A stretch of 64,000 bases of DNA from the human T2T-CHM13v2.0 reference genome, Homo sapiens (GCF_009914755.1 NC_060928.1); one strand, 5' to 3'; shown: positions 1-14,299, counted from the first letter of the stretch. The notes: generated from the sequence alone by a model not told the origin. Numbers and translations: made by a program.

Positions 1-1235
1 CTAGCCTTTGTATCTCCCTTGTTTCCTTTCTCCTCCATGTAATTTTAATTCCTGATATTTCCAGCTATATTTGTCTGTTGTCACCTGACTCTGTGTTTGC
101 GGACGCAGTTCTGGGTCTGAAGCAGCCCTTGACCTCTCTAGACAGCATCAAAGAACTTATTAAAAAAAAAAAAAAAAAGAAGGGTCCCTAGTGCCTCTTT
201 GCCATGCCCTTCCTTGATCTCCTTCCTCAAACTAAGAAAATTCTATAGCCTTTCTATTTTTATGGGCTGTGCAAGCATGCCAAATCATCAAGGTAACAAA
301 AGACTACCTCTTGATTTTCCAGCTTGAATGATATATTTTGTGGGAAGATTAATAGGCTCTATTTATATATTTTTTGAGATTTTTCTATTTCAAGAAGCAT
401 ATTTAGTTAGAAATAGACTTTTAATGGAATATTTATATATATAAATGCCACAGCTTTGGTTTAAATCGCAGTTTTGTCAACATTAGCCAGCTAAGGTTCA
501 CTTCATAGGAGAACAATGGAAAATATCAGTTTTAGCATCAATAAAGGTGAACGGTTATTAACACAAGAAACAAGTGGGTATTGACCCTGTCAATCCAGGT
601 AAAGAGGAATACCCTCTGCTTTTCAAGTTTGCATTAGCCAAACCTGACTAATGCCATGAAGCAGACGTTGAGTTTAAACATTGAAACTTTCTGTTCAGAA
701 TTGACTTAGATGTACTTTCTGGCAGCTGTGGGTTTAGGTTTGAGATGTTTAATATGTGAACAATGTTCCAGCTATCTCCAAACTAATCCTAGAATTTGGA
801 TCATGCAGAGCTCATTATGAACATTTTACTAATGCAGTAAAAAACATTCCAAGAGGGCTAAGGGATTCATCAGAAAACCCGAATTCATTACAGTAACTTG
901 AATAGTGTGGGAATTGGGCATCATTACCATCCAACCAAAATCTCATTACCATTAGTAATCTTTCAGCAGGCACGGCTTCTTTTCCTAAACTGTAGTTGAG
1001 ACTGTCATCTGGAAGGGGAAAAAAACCTCTGTCTCATTCAGAGTTGTAATAAGGGTGGTATAGATGAAAGTCATCACAGCTCCCGTTGATTCCATTTTTG
1101 AGAAAGAGAAAAGTGTTTCCATCATTTTGTTCTGTCCTCAGCCTGTGAGTTTCCATGCTTGACATTCTCTTTGTCTGCTCCCCTTCCTTGAACTTGATTT
1201 TTCCATTGGTGTGGGGGCCCGGATCAAATGGACAG

Positions 1236-1478
1236 AAACCAGGGCCACACAGAAGAGGTGAAGTTGATAGTGACCTGTAACATGAGGGCTCAGGAAAGTG
1301 AACCTGTGGAAGGAGGACTCAGGAAGGTGCCAGATCTTCACAAGGATGACCTGGCCCAGCAGAGAATTCAGGGCAGCCTTGCCCCTCACCGCGAGCCCCC
1401 GAGCTTCATTACGCTCTCCAACATAACAGAAGCTGACTTGGAGACGTGGGAGAGACTCAAAGTGTCAGAAAAGGCGAG
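1236..1478 (+). CDS. LIMCH1: Alternative-cluster exon A, 243 nt, phase 2-2 (NQGHTEEVKL…WERLKVSEKAR)
   Basis: gacag| acceptor at 1234-1235, AG|gtgtgt donor at 1479, open frame (ORF 1228). There is an in-frame stop upstream at 1189. Confidence 0.82.
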
Positions 1479-1559
1479 GTGTGTCATGTTTCCCCCCCAG
1501 TTTCCCCCTGGCAGTCATGGTATTTCATTTTGAAGGCATCAAATGCTTATCTTTGTGTC

Positions 1560-2008
<449 letters not shown>

Positions 2009-2429
2009 CCTTGTATCATTTTTTATTTTGATGGCTTGAAAAAGTGCGTCTCACATCACAGAGCTGCTGGAGCTCAGCATATGCAGCATGAGATGAATTT
2101 ATTAATACTAAAAGTTACAAACCACATGGAGAGAAAACATTCTCTTTTTAACCCAGCCAACTTTCTAAGAATGTTTATTTATTTTGATAGACTTGTTTAC
2201 TGTAAATAATTTAAACTTGACTTTCAAATAATTTTAATTATTCCACAGTACCTAAGATTTTCTTATGCCCTTGTTTATGATGTTAGAGATGTTAGAATTG
2301 ATGTTTTGAAAGCTATAGAAGCTTAAAGACAAGGTAATGATCATTTCTAGGCAAGACAATGATCATTTCTCCATTTGAGTGTTAATGAAAAAGCAATTTT
2401 GCTCTAGCCTTAAAAATATTTTTCATATA

Positions 2430-2802
2430 CAGTCTTCCCTCAGTATCCGTGCTTGATTCCAGAATTCCCCTTGGATACCAAAATTCTTAGAGGCTCAAGT
2501 TCCTTATATGAAATGGTATAGTATTTGCATATAACCTATGCACATCCTCCCATATACTTTAAATTATCTGTAGATTACCGATAATAGCTACATTAACGTA
2601 AGCATACCTTATACGTGTATACCTAATACAGTGCTTTCACATCACTTTATTCATGTGGATTCAGTGTAGTACTTAGTGCACGGCAAATTCAAGTTTTGCT
2701 TTTTGAAACTTTGTGGAATTTTTTTCTCCCAAATAATTTCCATTGAGGTTGGTTGAATCCCGTCAGTGGGATGCCGAACTCACTGATAGGGAGGGCCAAC
2801 TA
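2430..2802. mobile_element. MER2-like Tigger-derived DNA transposon fossil
   Basis: Termini CAGTCTTCCCTCAGTATCC…GATAGGGAGGGCCAACT; internal GTATTTGCATATAACCTATGCACATCCTCCC is typical of MER2. Confidence 0.8.
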
Positions 2803-2891
2803 CTTCTAGTTTTTTTTTTTGTTTTTTTTTTAAAAACCTCTTATTGATTTGTACTCAGACACTTTTAGAACTTATTTCTGGTTTTGACTAG

Positions 2892-3221
2892 GGATGGAGA
2901 TGTTCAGCACATCTGTGCTTCTGAGCCTTCCCCAGAAATTAAAGCAGAAACTGCCATTCGTGATGACTTTGCCAACCGCAAAGCAAGGGCCTCTAAGAAA
3001 GCTTCCAGCCCCAGGCAAAAGTTTGTGCACTTTGGGCCAGTGACGGAGCTAGATCAGCAGAAATGGAAGCGGCTTAGCATTGGCAAGGCTGGGCCTAGAG
3101 AGGATGAAGAAGAAGTCATCTGTCATGGCAGCAAGATTCAAATGGACTCTGTGTCTCCTGTCTCAGCGGCCACTTCCAGCTTAAAGGGCCACCAAATATT
3201 TAATCGACAAAATGACTGCAG
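2892..3221 (+). CDS. LIMCH1: Alternative-cluster exon B, 330 nt, phase 2-2 (DGDVQHICAS…FNRQNDCR)
   Basis: ttttgactag| acceptor, CAG|gtattt donor, open frame continuous with exon A. Confidence 0.88.
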
Positions 3222-4492
3222 GTATTTTTTGCCATACGTGTGCAAGGATATCTGCATGGGAGTCACTGCTGCTTTTGTAGAGTTTGCTGAAGCACATTAT
3301 ACAAGCCCCTAGAGATGACATAGTTTTAACAGACTATGTATAGCAGAGAAGTAATGTTAGCGGGTCCCCCTGCGGGGAACATGTATGTGAAGTTAAATGG
3401 CAGGCATCCATTTTGATTCTGTTGTCACCAGAATCACTGCCTGGGAATGCCAATAATCTTGGCAAATGACCCTTTTTCCCTTGGCTGCATCCAGTACTAT
3501 TTTATTAGTTGAAAATACCAAATGAGCTAAATGGAATGTTTTAATGATATCAGTAGGGTTTCCTGGGCTTATGTATAACCTCTCTCTTTCCTGTCCCTTA
3601 GAGAGAGAAAGAAAAAGTTATTAGTATCATGAGTTCACGTTTCAGACATACATCTAAGTAGACATATTAAAAAAGTAAAGGTCTCCTTCCTCCCCCACTT
3701 TTTAAAATTATATAATAAATCAGGAGTCTTAAAAACCTCCTCTTTGGGGGTTTCTGTAAGTCGAGAGTTTCCTTGGATGAATCGCTATCCAAATGTGTGA
3801 GGGAAGAACACCTTTATAGGCCTGTCTCAGTTCTCATCCTCCCTGGAGGCCACCCAGTTTTGAGTTCCCAAGCCCTCTTTTGGGGATTTGGTTCTGTGGG
3901 CTGGTCTGTCTTCCAGGAAACACATATAGGACATGTGTAAAACCGGATTGCCCTGGGAACCTCCATTCCCTCTGTACAGCAGGAGCAAAGTGAGGCTCTC
4001 CGTAGCAGGAAGAAGTGTTCATAGCATTCTTCTTTATACCTTGCCCTTGAAATCCAAAGGAAATGATGGATGGCCTATGACCTATAGAAGGGTTTCTTTG
4101 GTTCCAGACTCGGGGTGACACCATAGAAGAGAGAAGGCTATAAACACCAGAAATAAAGAGTTGAGGTTTCAGAGGATGGTGGGGATCTGGGGTGGGGAGG
4201 AGGGGGTAGGAAATTAATAAGAAATACGTCCTCGAGGCCTTGAATCCTGAGAGGCCCATCATTCAGTCTTGTGGTGACAGAGTCACACAGCCTTGTTTGA
4301 CCTTCATAGGCCCTAGCCAGAGTTCACATTCCATTATCTCAATCTGATTATATCATCCTTACTAACCAGCCTTTGGAATGAGAGCAGCCACATTCTTCTC
4401 TTAATCTTTCAGTCCCAAGGACTTTCACTGTCTTCTTTCGTAACCCATGTTCCTCTCCTCTCTTGCCACCAATGCTACTTGATCGTCTGCAG

Positions 4493-4611
4493 AACAATGA
4501 ATTGTGGCCGAGGTGACTATTGCAGAAGGGCCTCGTGGCTGGCTCCTGTGCCAGAGTCTCAGGAAGAGTGGGTCTGCAGTTTGGGCGAGTGCCCGAGGGG
4601 GACAGAGGAAG
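4493..4611 (+). CDS. LIMCH1: Alternative-cluster exon C, 119 nt, phase 2-1 (TMNCGRGDYC…PRGTEE)
   Basis: Pyrimidine tract plus ctgcag| acceptor; AAG|gtgagg donor. Confidence 0.85.
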
Positions 4612-4720
4612 GTGAGGAGCAGTGTTTCCTGCCTTCCCGGGAGGTGAAGGAGGACAGGTGGGGTCAGAGCCTCTGGTGTGAATTCTTTCCTAGGAGTGAA
4701 ACTGTCCTCTCTGGCTTTAG

Positions 4721-4829
4721 TTACATCCAAACAGCTGCCACAGGATGGCAAAGAAGAAACAGAAAGCGCTCCAAGAGATTCTGAGAGGCTGTCAAAGGCA
4801 GAAAGATCAGAGGACAGCAGCCAGCCACT
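4721..4829 (+). CDS. LIMCH1: Alternative-cluster exon D, 109 nt, phase 1-2 (VTSKQLPQDG…EDSSQPL)
   Basis: ctctctggctttag| acceptor; CT|gtgagc donor; exons C+D total 228 nt and restore the frame. Confidence 0.83.
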
Positions 4830-5291
4830 GTGAGCATCTTGCCTGCGCTCTGCTCCGTGGTGTGTTGCCCCTGCTGTGTGTGGCTGTCGTGTTCCCAAAA
4901 AAACAGCTTAAAGTCACAGTCTGCACCTGGCGACTGATAGAGCGTGGAGTAAAGTCACTAAAAGAGTGTGCTCATCCCAAGATCAGAGTTCTGCTTCTGG
5001 TGCCCGCTCTGGGTAGATATTTTAGCCTTTGCATGTGGCTGAGTACTGGCCAAATTTCATTCTCAGGACTCATGAAAACCAGAAAGGGACCCCCATTCCT
5101 GTGTGAGTATCAGCTGCATGACAGAGGGTCCCAGTACTCAAAAGGGAGATTTCCTGCTCAGCTGCTCTGTGTGCCGCTGCCTCCAGGGATGCTGGCTTCT
5201 TCTGTCTTGAATTAACGCCAGTGAGTGACACTACTGAAAATATCTTTAGCAGTAAGTGGCCTTTGACTGGCTGGACTGAATGTTGCCCTAG

Positions 5292-5552
5292 GGTGTGTCC
5301 TCTGGCCTCTGAGTGTGAGGCTTCAGGGACAGAAGAGAAGTTGGAGAAGATGACAGCTCCTGCCTGGAGTGGCAGTGGACTGAAAGGCCAGCGAAAGTTG
5401 GATGATTCACGAAAAGATGACATGATGGCCAGGAGAACTGGGATGTCCCTTAGACACACTGGATCCAACCCAAACCAGTTCCTTCCAGTTCCATTTGCAA
5501 AGCAACAGGATGTGGAAGAATCTTCTAAAGGTCTACCCATGAAAGATCAGAG
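5292..5552 (+). CDS. LIMCH1: Alternative-cluster exon E, 261 nt, phase 2-2 (VCPLASECEA…KDDMMARR…PMKDQR)
   Basis: gccctag| acceptor; GAG|gtcaga donor; open frame (ORF 5221). Confidence 0.86.
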
Positions 5553-6980
5553 GTCAGAAAGTTATTCTGTGCCCTTGTGACTTTGTTTCTCCAGTCTGAG
5601 CTTTCAGTGTGTTCTTAATGCATTATGGCACCTCAGTGCCGCTTACCTGCTGTTGCTAGCAGAAACAGAATGATCAAAATTGGCCTCATCTGCGAAGAAA
5701 TTTTTCCTCTTTTTACATGTAAGCAGGTGTGATTCAGTGGTGAATTTACCTGTTAAACATTTTTTTCTGACTCTTGTGGACTGAATAAATGGGAAATTCT
5801 TTTATTTCTTTCTAGCTCACATAGGAGCCTTTGGGCAAAGGGGTTGAACTTCTATCTGACTTACTTGATTTCACTTTGATTCCAGGTCCAAAGAAGATGA
5901 ATACATTTATAAAAGTTGTAATTATATTAATTTTTCAACATTAGCAAACACTCGTTGCCTTCTGCAGTAGGATTTCTATTCCATGCTCTGACTTGACTTA
6001 GAGTCAACCATGACTTGATGACGACTAAGGAAATAATTATCCTGGGGTTCCTGTTCCAGTTTAGGGTCCTATATGTTGAAGCCTGTCTTGCCATTTAATA
6101 AAAGTGATACATTTTTGTTAAATGTATGGTAAGCCTACCAATGTAGGGCAAAGAAGTGAGGAGGGCTTTGCATAATTTATAAGCTCACCATAAAATAGGA
6201 AGCAATGGAGTTCTGCTTCTCCAAGGACCCTGATGGCAGTGGGAGAGAAGGCAGAGTGGGAGGCAAGGAGAACAGTAGGTAATCTCTCCAGATTTTTAAA
6301 AAATCAATACCCTAGCCATCTTGATCACCTGAATTTAATCTATATTTTACATTCTTCTGAATAAAACAGTAATGGAGCCTAGCACTGTTTTCAGGGAGCA
6401 GAAGTAATATTTGTGCTTTACAACCACAGAGTGCTTTGTAGCGTTTCCTGTGTGTCTGCTCCCTCAAGCTCACCTTGTCCTGGGAATTCACAGGTAGGTT
6501 GAAGGAATCTATGTTAGCTCCATTTCACAAATAAGAAGGCTGATGTAGAGAAAAGCTGCGTGAGTGGATCACACATGATTCCCGAGCTGGTTAGGACTGG
6601 GAAGACAGAGGAACAGAGTGGTGAAGTGGGTCCTCCACAGTTACTCACTTTCCAGATGCCCTGGACTTGACCCTGGATCCGCGGGCTTCTGTAAAGCAAG
6701 TTAGAATGAAAGGAAAGAAGGAGGTGAGGCCTAGAGACTGCCTACTGGATACATTTAGGCGCTCTCCCATTCATTTATTCCTTACACTACCTTTGAGAGG
6801 AAGAATTTTCATCTGCATTTTGCAGTTAGGAAACTGAGGTCCACATGTACACAGCTGGTACCTACAGAGCCAAGATCCAAACTCAGCTCTGTCAGAGTGG
6901 AAAACCAGCATCCCTCTCCAGCATGATGCCTACACGAGTAACTAGAGGAGACTGTGGAAGCCTGAGGAATTCTCTGTCAC

Positions 6981-7271
6981 TTTTTTTTTTTTTTTGAGAT
7001 GGAGTCTTGCTTTGTTGCCCAGACTGGAGTGCAGGGCCCGATCTCAGCTCACTGAAACCTCTGCCCATTCAAGCGATTCTTATGCCTCAGCCTCCTGAAT
7101 AGCTGGGATTATATGCGCCCTCCACCACGCCCAGCTAATTTTTGTATTTTTAGTAGAGACGGGGTTTCGCTGTGTTGGCCAGGCTGGTCTGGAACTCCTG
7201 ACCTCAAGTGATCCACCTGCCTTGGTCTCCCAAAGTCCCGGGATTACAGGTTTGAGCCACTGCACCTGGCC
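6981..7271 (-). mobile_element. Full-length AluS
   Basis: Alu consensus dimer; CTGTCACT target-site duplication on both sides. Confidence 0.93.
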
Positions 7272-7663
7272 TGTCACTCTTTGTGATTCTGGAAAGATTC
7301 CTCTTTATTTTCACATGGGAATGGACAGTTACTCTGAGCACAGGGAGAAATGGTCAGGTGAACTATGTGACATATTGTGTGAATGAGCCAGCAAACACTG
7401 TCGGTATGCACATTTCCTATCAACAAGTGTTTATCAAGTAATAATCACTATGTGTAAAGCACTGTGCTGGATGCTGGGGGTGATCTTAGATGAGCAGTAA
7501 AAACACTTTAAGCTAACGCTAGTTCATGATATAGAAATAGATAACTATCAAATTATTGATTCTGAAATGCTTTATTAGTAGTGAAAGTTACATAAATACA
7601 GGCAATGGGTGCATAGGCTATTCCCTTTATCTTTCTACCTACCCCTACCCTCAAAAGTAAACT

Positions 7664-7953
<290 letters not shown>

Positions 7954-8892
7954 TCAAAATTAAACTTTATTGACTTTTTTTTTTTTTTTGTAGGATGCTT
8001 TTGTCAACTGTGACCTGCGTGGCCAATTTTTACCTCATAACCTATTGAGTCACGTACTTTGCATTGGAAAGATTGCTTTATTACTTTTTTTTTTTTTTTT
8101 TTTTTGCTAACTTGCCTTTACTTTTTGATCTCCTGTAGGATGATTGGGAAAGTCACTTGACACCTCAGCTCTAATTATCTTCCCCTTGCCAGCAAAGGCA
8201 ATTCTGCTTAAGTTGGTGCCCTTTTAAAGCTAATACAAGTCTCAGAGGAAATTCCTTAAACCCCCAGTACATAGTAAAGGGATAAATGAAGGTTATCTTC
8301 GGAAACTGGGCTATTCTTTTCTCTTCAATTTCTAGAGCACCTGATAAGTATTTAATAAATACTTATTGACTAGTCTGGCCACTGTTCAGGGAACCCAAAC
8401 AGAAAAATCTCTGCTTCTGTGGGGCTTACATTTTGGTATAGATCTACATTTATTGGTAGAGATGTCCATGAAATACTGTTAATTACTTTGTGTAGAAACA
8501 ACTTAAATTCAGATATATCCTACATGCAACAACATAGTTGAAACTCACAAAATGTGCTAAAGAAGACAAACTCAAGAGTACATACTATTTGAGTCTGTTT
8601 ACGTAGTACAAATCACTCAACGCTAATCTATGCATATGTTCATTTTGTGAAAATGCATTGAAGTATATGTGTGGTATGTGCACTTTCTGTATATAGCTTA
8701 AACTTCAATAAAATGTTAATTAAAATATTCAAATTGAAACACAAAAACACATAGCAACTATTAATAGATTCTTGATTAACCATCCATTGGGAAGAAATTC
8801 TCTGCTCTCTTCCATAGATAACTTAGAAAACACTGTGTTTGAATAAATGTATTCCAATAGGCCTATTTATTAACTGGGAAACACTTACCTAG

Positions 8893-9303
<411 letters not shown>

Positions 9304-10684
9304 TGAGAATATTAGGTTCAACTTAAGCACCTTCCGAAACGATACTCTGGAGAAGGAGAAAATGAGTCTTACTGCCAGAAGAAAAACATTCATAAACCCT
9401 TTCCTTGTCTTGTTTTTGGCCATTTCAACAGAGATTTGGGGTTTTGCATTGGTATGGTTGCCTTCACTGTGAATTAAATCATTATCAATGAATGTAGATT
9501 ATTCTAGAATGATAAAAGCATAAGAGAGAAGGGGGTATGTGTGTGTACACTCATGCATTCTGGGGTGTTTTCTCTAAGGTTCTCTAAGATTTCTCTAAGA
9601 TTGCAGGAAGAGATGTTTAGAAATTACCCTTTTCCTATAAACTATTGTGAAACTGATCATGGGACCAGGTAATTTTTGCTGCCGACTCCAAAATGTAATT
9701 TATTGGAAACTGGAAGCAGGACGTATTTTCTTCACTATTCTTTGTCCACCATCAGAATTGCAGAAAGGAGGAGCTTTTCAGGGTATAGGTAAGAACTGAC
9801 CCTTAAAACTCGCCTTTGCTGAAGAGACAGGCATTTGTGGGAGCTGTGTTGTTTTGTTGTTGTTTTTTTTTTGTTGTTGTTGTTGTTTTTTCATGTGCTG
9901 GAAATATGGCTTGTAATGTTCTAATATTTTTCTAATTTAGTCTTTTTGCTTTAGACTCATTTAGACTTCCGGTGACTATCGCAGAGGGTACAACTTTATG
10001 GATCTAAATTATCAGGAGAATATAAAAGATTAGAAAAAAACTTTAGTTTTTCAAGTTATGGAGTATCATTCAAGTCTGGTTTTGATCAAGGCTACCAGTT
10101 TTCTAGGAATTGTGGTTTCTGTCAAATGCATGCGGAAGGCACTGATTGGGGTTCTGGTTGGAGTTCTGGTTTCCCTTCAGAAAACTGCAGAAACACTCTT
10201 TGATGTTATTTGTGCAAATGCATTAACATCTCAGGGACAGGGTCAGTAAGGGTGCACTTGTACAGTGGGTGTCCATTACAGCCCATTACTGCTGAACATA
10301 AAGGCACAAAAAGTTGAACTGTTTGTGAATGACTGTAATACATGTTTGTTTTCTAAGCTGCCTTCTCTAAACGCTGTGGATTGCACCTAAGCCTTTCTGT
10401 GTTTATATTGAACAGATTCTTTCTTTTTGGGTAGTGTGGGGATTATTTTCATTTCTCTTCTGGGTTTTGAGATAAATTTTGCATTTTTTAGAAATATCAA
10501 GACTTGTCTTTGATTTTTCAGCAGCCAATGAATATTGCTAATTGTATAATGCCATTTCTCTTTCAGTATCTCAGCAAAAAAGGTTTGGCGCACATGTATT
10601 TCACCGGCAGTTTCTATTTCCAGCTTGCTTACAGTGTTCACTTTCAACTCTGCCAGTCCTCTAATTTTTTATTTGATCTTATAG

Positions 10685-10720
10685 ATACGGTCCGAGAACT
10701 CCTGTGTCTGATGACGCAGA
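10685..10720 (+). CDS. LIMCH1: 36-nt microexon, phase 2-2 (YGPRTPVSDDAE)
   Basis: ttgatcttatag| acceptor, consensus gtaagt donor; the peptide joins exactly to STSMFDMRC. Confidence 0.93.
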
Positions 10721-13246
10721 GTAAGTTGCCTTGTATTTGTAGGATTACATTAATTACTAGCCTAAACTGCATGCTTCCAGTACTTACCACTAATTGAAAT
10801 GCAACTGATGCAAGTGAACTGAATAGTTAGCTGACTTGTGCAGCAAAGCACTTGAAGTTGGAATGCAGAGCATACATTCTGTGCAGGAAAGATGAATGAA
10901 AAAGCAACTTAAGCATGATTCTAATATGAAGCTGCTGCTTGAAACTTAACATTTGCTTTCCATAGACTGGGCATGTTAAAGTCGTTGTTCTTGTTATGGT
11001 CTGAACATTGGTACCCCTTCTGAACTATAGATTTATTTAAAGGGCATTCTGAGTTTTGCACTTAATTCTTGATATGTTGGGGCTTAGAGTTAACAATGAG
11101 GTAGTCATTCCCATAGTCTCATTTTTTAACTAAGAAAATAAATCCCAAACCACTAATTATAGATTCAGAAGCCCAAGTTCCTCCCAGGTTGGAGTCACAT
11201 AAACTGTGGGATGCTTGAGACCAAAACATTGGAGTTTTGCTCAAGTCCCATGGCTTAGCAGGGGGCCAAGGATGTAAGACATGACTGGCCCTTCCCCTCC
11301 CTGCTGCTTGGTTTTCACTCAACCAAGCAGAGGTTCATTCCTTATCCCGTACTCCACATCCAAATTTGAGAAGACTCCAAACCCTCCCATTTGTGACCAC
11401 ATTAACTCTGCTTCAGAAATGGATTTCCCATATGCAGATCATTCTGCAACTGATATTCAAGGCAAACTTTTTTTTTTTTGCAAAATGCTAGACTTCTCAG
11501 ATTCAAGTAATTTGTATTTGAAGAAACATGATTAATATCTAAATCCAGCATCAGTAGTCTGCTGATCCTGATATTGAGGAGCATTTTGTGGCCTCGTGGG
11601 AGCCTGGGCCATCCAGAATGTAATCACCAGTCCTCCTCTGCCTATCCTTTCCTGAGCCTCAGTTTCAAGTCACACAATGAGGAATTTGAATAGAATTTGC
11701 ATGTAGAACATGCAAACATCATTTCCACCAATGACAATGAGATTAGGCAAAAAATTAAGTGTCTTCAGATTGTGCTATTTTCATGTTTGTGTTCAAGATG
11801 TCTGCTTAGTTTGGACTCTGAGCCCTAAGTGGTCAAACTCCAGGGCCAAGTTTCCCATGTGTGATCTGACATAAAGAACACTCATGCCTCAAAACCAAAT
11901 TCAGCCTGAGCTTGACTGACTGCACAGAGTTAAGTAGTCTGTAAAATTGAGCCCTGGTTATTACTTTTCAAACCTGCAATGGCAATATTTAACATTCACT
12001 GAAAGGAGGATTTTATAAGATTGACAGGCAAAACACTACTTTGGTTTGGTGAGCGAAAACATTTTGATAGAATGGATTTCTTCTTCATCAATGCAAGGCT
12101 GCTATACAATTTGCTTAAAATAGACCCCTGGGAAAGGTGAAAGAAAGGAAGGGAAATTAAAGAGTTTCTGAATTTTGCCTTCACCTGAACACAAAACTTC
12201 ACCCACAGGAAAAGTTAATGATTTCTTAAAAGGGGTGGGGACAGGGACTCCCTTCTTGCCTTCTCTAAGTTTACAAAATGCAGCCCCAGGGACCAAGAAG
12301 AGTAAAAGGAGCTTTTCTTCCAGAGCTCTTATCTAGGGATATCCAAAGTGCTAAGTTTCCTGCTTAGAGCAGATACAATTTACATGAAACCATGTGGGGA
12401 ACAAAATGAAAAGTTGATATCAGGAATTTATTCTTAAAATAGAAACTTATACTATTTTTAGTTTATTCCCTTAATATCTCCTTTTTCCAAAATCTTTAAA
12501 GGCAGTTTTTTGGCACAGGCTATATTTATTAATAATTGACACATTCTTAAAATAGAGCCCAATCAAAAGAAAGATGAGCCCTTTAAGGAGAATATAGGTC
12601 AGGGGCAGACCTACCGCACAGGCAGACAGAGAAATTTCCACCTCCTAACCAGCCAAGAATGTTTCCATAGATTTAATTTCACCTTCTTGCCCTTTTCTTC
12701 ACTTGCACACTCTTTCCCTCCCAATACCTGGCCCACCAAAGGAGTCGGTACGTTGTGAGAGCCATAGGCCATTTTATTCTGAATTCCTTTACCGTAGACT
12801 TGGCCCAGAAACAATTTCCAGGCCCTTGGGGTAATTCCATCCCGGCCCTCAAAAATGCCAACCCACCACCAAGGGAGACTCCTGGACTCTGCAGCCAGGA
12901 GCCCTCATCCCAACAGCCCAAGGGCATAGACGTAGGTACTGAGGAGCACAGGATTAGTCCAAGTCACATTAATATTCTGGAAGCTGGCCATCTCCAGGAT
13001 CCCATATCCGCCAACCCCCATCCCCAGACACACACCTCTTCATTTGGGAGGCCAAGTCTAACCTGAACTAGGGAACATGTTCTGAATGACAACTCAGCCC
13101 ATTTTCTTTCTAGTATTATCAATTCTCAACTTCTTAATTTTTTTTTGAAAATGGCATAAATATATCACTCATAGGTTTGTTATTTCTTTTTTGGCCAGTT
13201 TGCTGATATTTCTTAAAAAAAAAAAATCTTGAGAAAAAAAATCGTA

Positions 13247-13597
13247 CAGGTTGAGCCTGCCTTATAGAAAATGTTTGGAATGAGAAGTGTTTCAGATTTT
13301 GAACTTTTTTAGATTTTGGAATATTTGCATATACATAGTGAAGTATCTTGAGGATGGAACCCAAGTCTAAACATGAAATTCATTTATGTTCCATATATAC
13401 CTTATACATATAGACTGGAGGTGATTTTATACAATAGTTTAAATAATTTTGTGCATGAAACAAAGTTTTGGCTGCACCCCATCACACAAGGTCAGGTGTG
13501 GAATTCTCCACTTGTGGGGTCATGTCAGCATTCAAAGAGTTTTGGAGTTTGGAGCATTTCAGATTTCAGATTTTTGGATTAGGGATGTTCAACCATG
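13247..13597. mobile_element. Tigger4/MER46-family MITE
   Basis: TA-flanked termini CAGGTTGAG…GGGATGTTCAACCATG, with the characteristic GATTTTGGAATATTTGCATATACATA and GAGCATTTCAGATTTCAGATTTT. Confidence 0.85.
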
Positions 13598-14299
13598 TAC
13601 TTCCTGGTACATGAAAGGGCAAACGAGTTTCTCCTTTTATTTAACTAACTGGCTTCTGGCCACATTTGGGCTGAGCTAGTTAGAGCTTCACAGTGGGAGT
13701 AGAGATGGGAACGCAGGACAGACAAAGGTAATTCTTAAGGTCTGCTCTCATTTTCTCCATGCCCATTGGGTGAGATAATCAAATCCCAGATCCTGGAGAA
13801 GGCTGCCATTTTCTTCTTGGGGTCCCAGAAGAAAACCTGGATCTATGGCCACCCATAGTGGCCTAAACCAAAATTCTGACCTGTAGATATTATAGATGGC
13901 AGAGTTGAATGAAGGGACCTCTTTTCTCTCCCATAATCTACAAACTACTTAGTGGGATGGTAAGAGGGTCCCAGCTCAGAGAGGTTTAAGTCTTCTAAGA
14001 TCTTAGCAAAGATTATAAATCACCTTAAAAGATGAACTGACTAGATTGAATATTTTAAAAGTAAGATTTTTTTTTTTAAACTGTGAGAGGAAGAATGGGA
14101 CGAATTTTTGTGTCTTTCTGGAAGGCCTGCTTAAGTGAATTTTGATCCATGAAGTTTAAAAGCATGGGTTAGACTTTTCTACCTAATCCTGCAAATTTCT
14201 TAATCTTTCTTAGATACCATTAATCAATAGTCTAAAATAGATGAAAAATCACAGCCCTTCTCCTCTATCGAGGACTACAGTTTCTTTCTTTTTCTTTTC

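Noticed and set aside
8100-8160. Textbook branch point (CTAAC) plus pyrimidine tract and TAG at 8137-8138
   Set aside because: The phase-2 frame hits TGA within seven codons and I found no good donor; probably a pseudo-acceptor.
9570-9600. TTCTCTAAG repeated three times
   Set aside because: Ordinary slippage micro-duplication with no spacers; not CRISPR-like.
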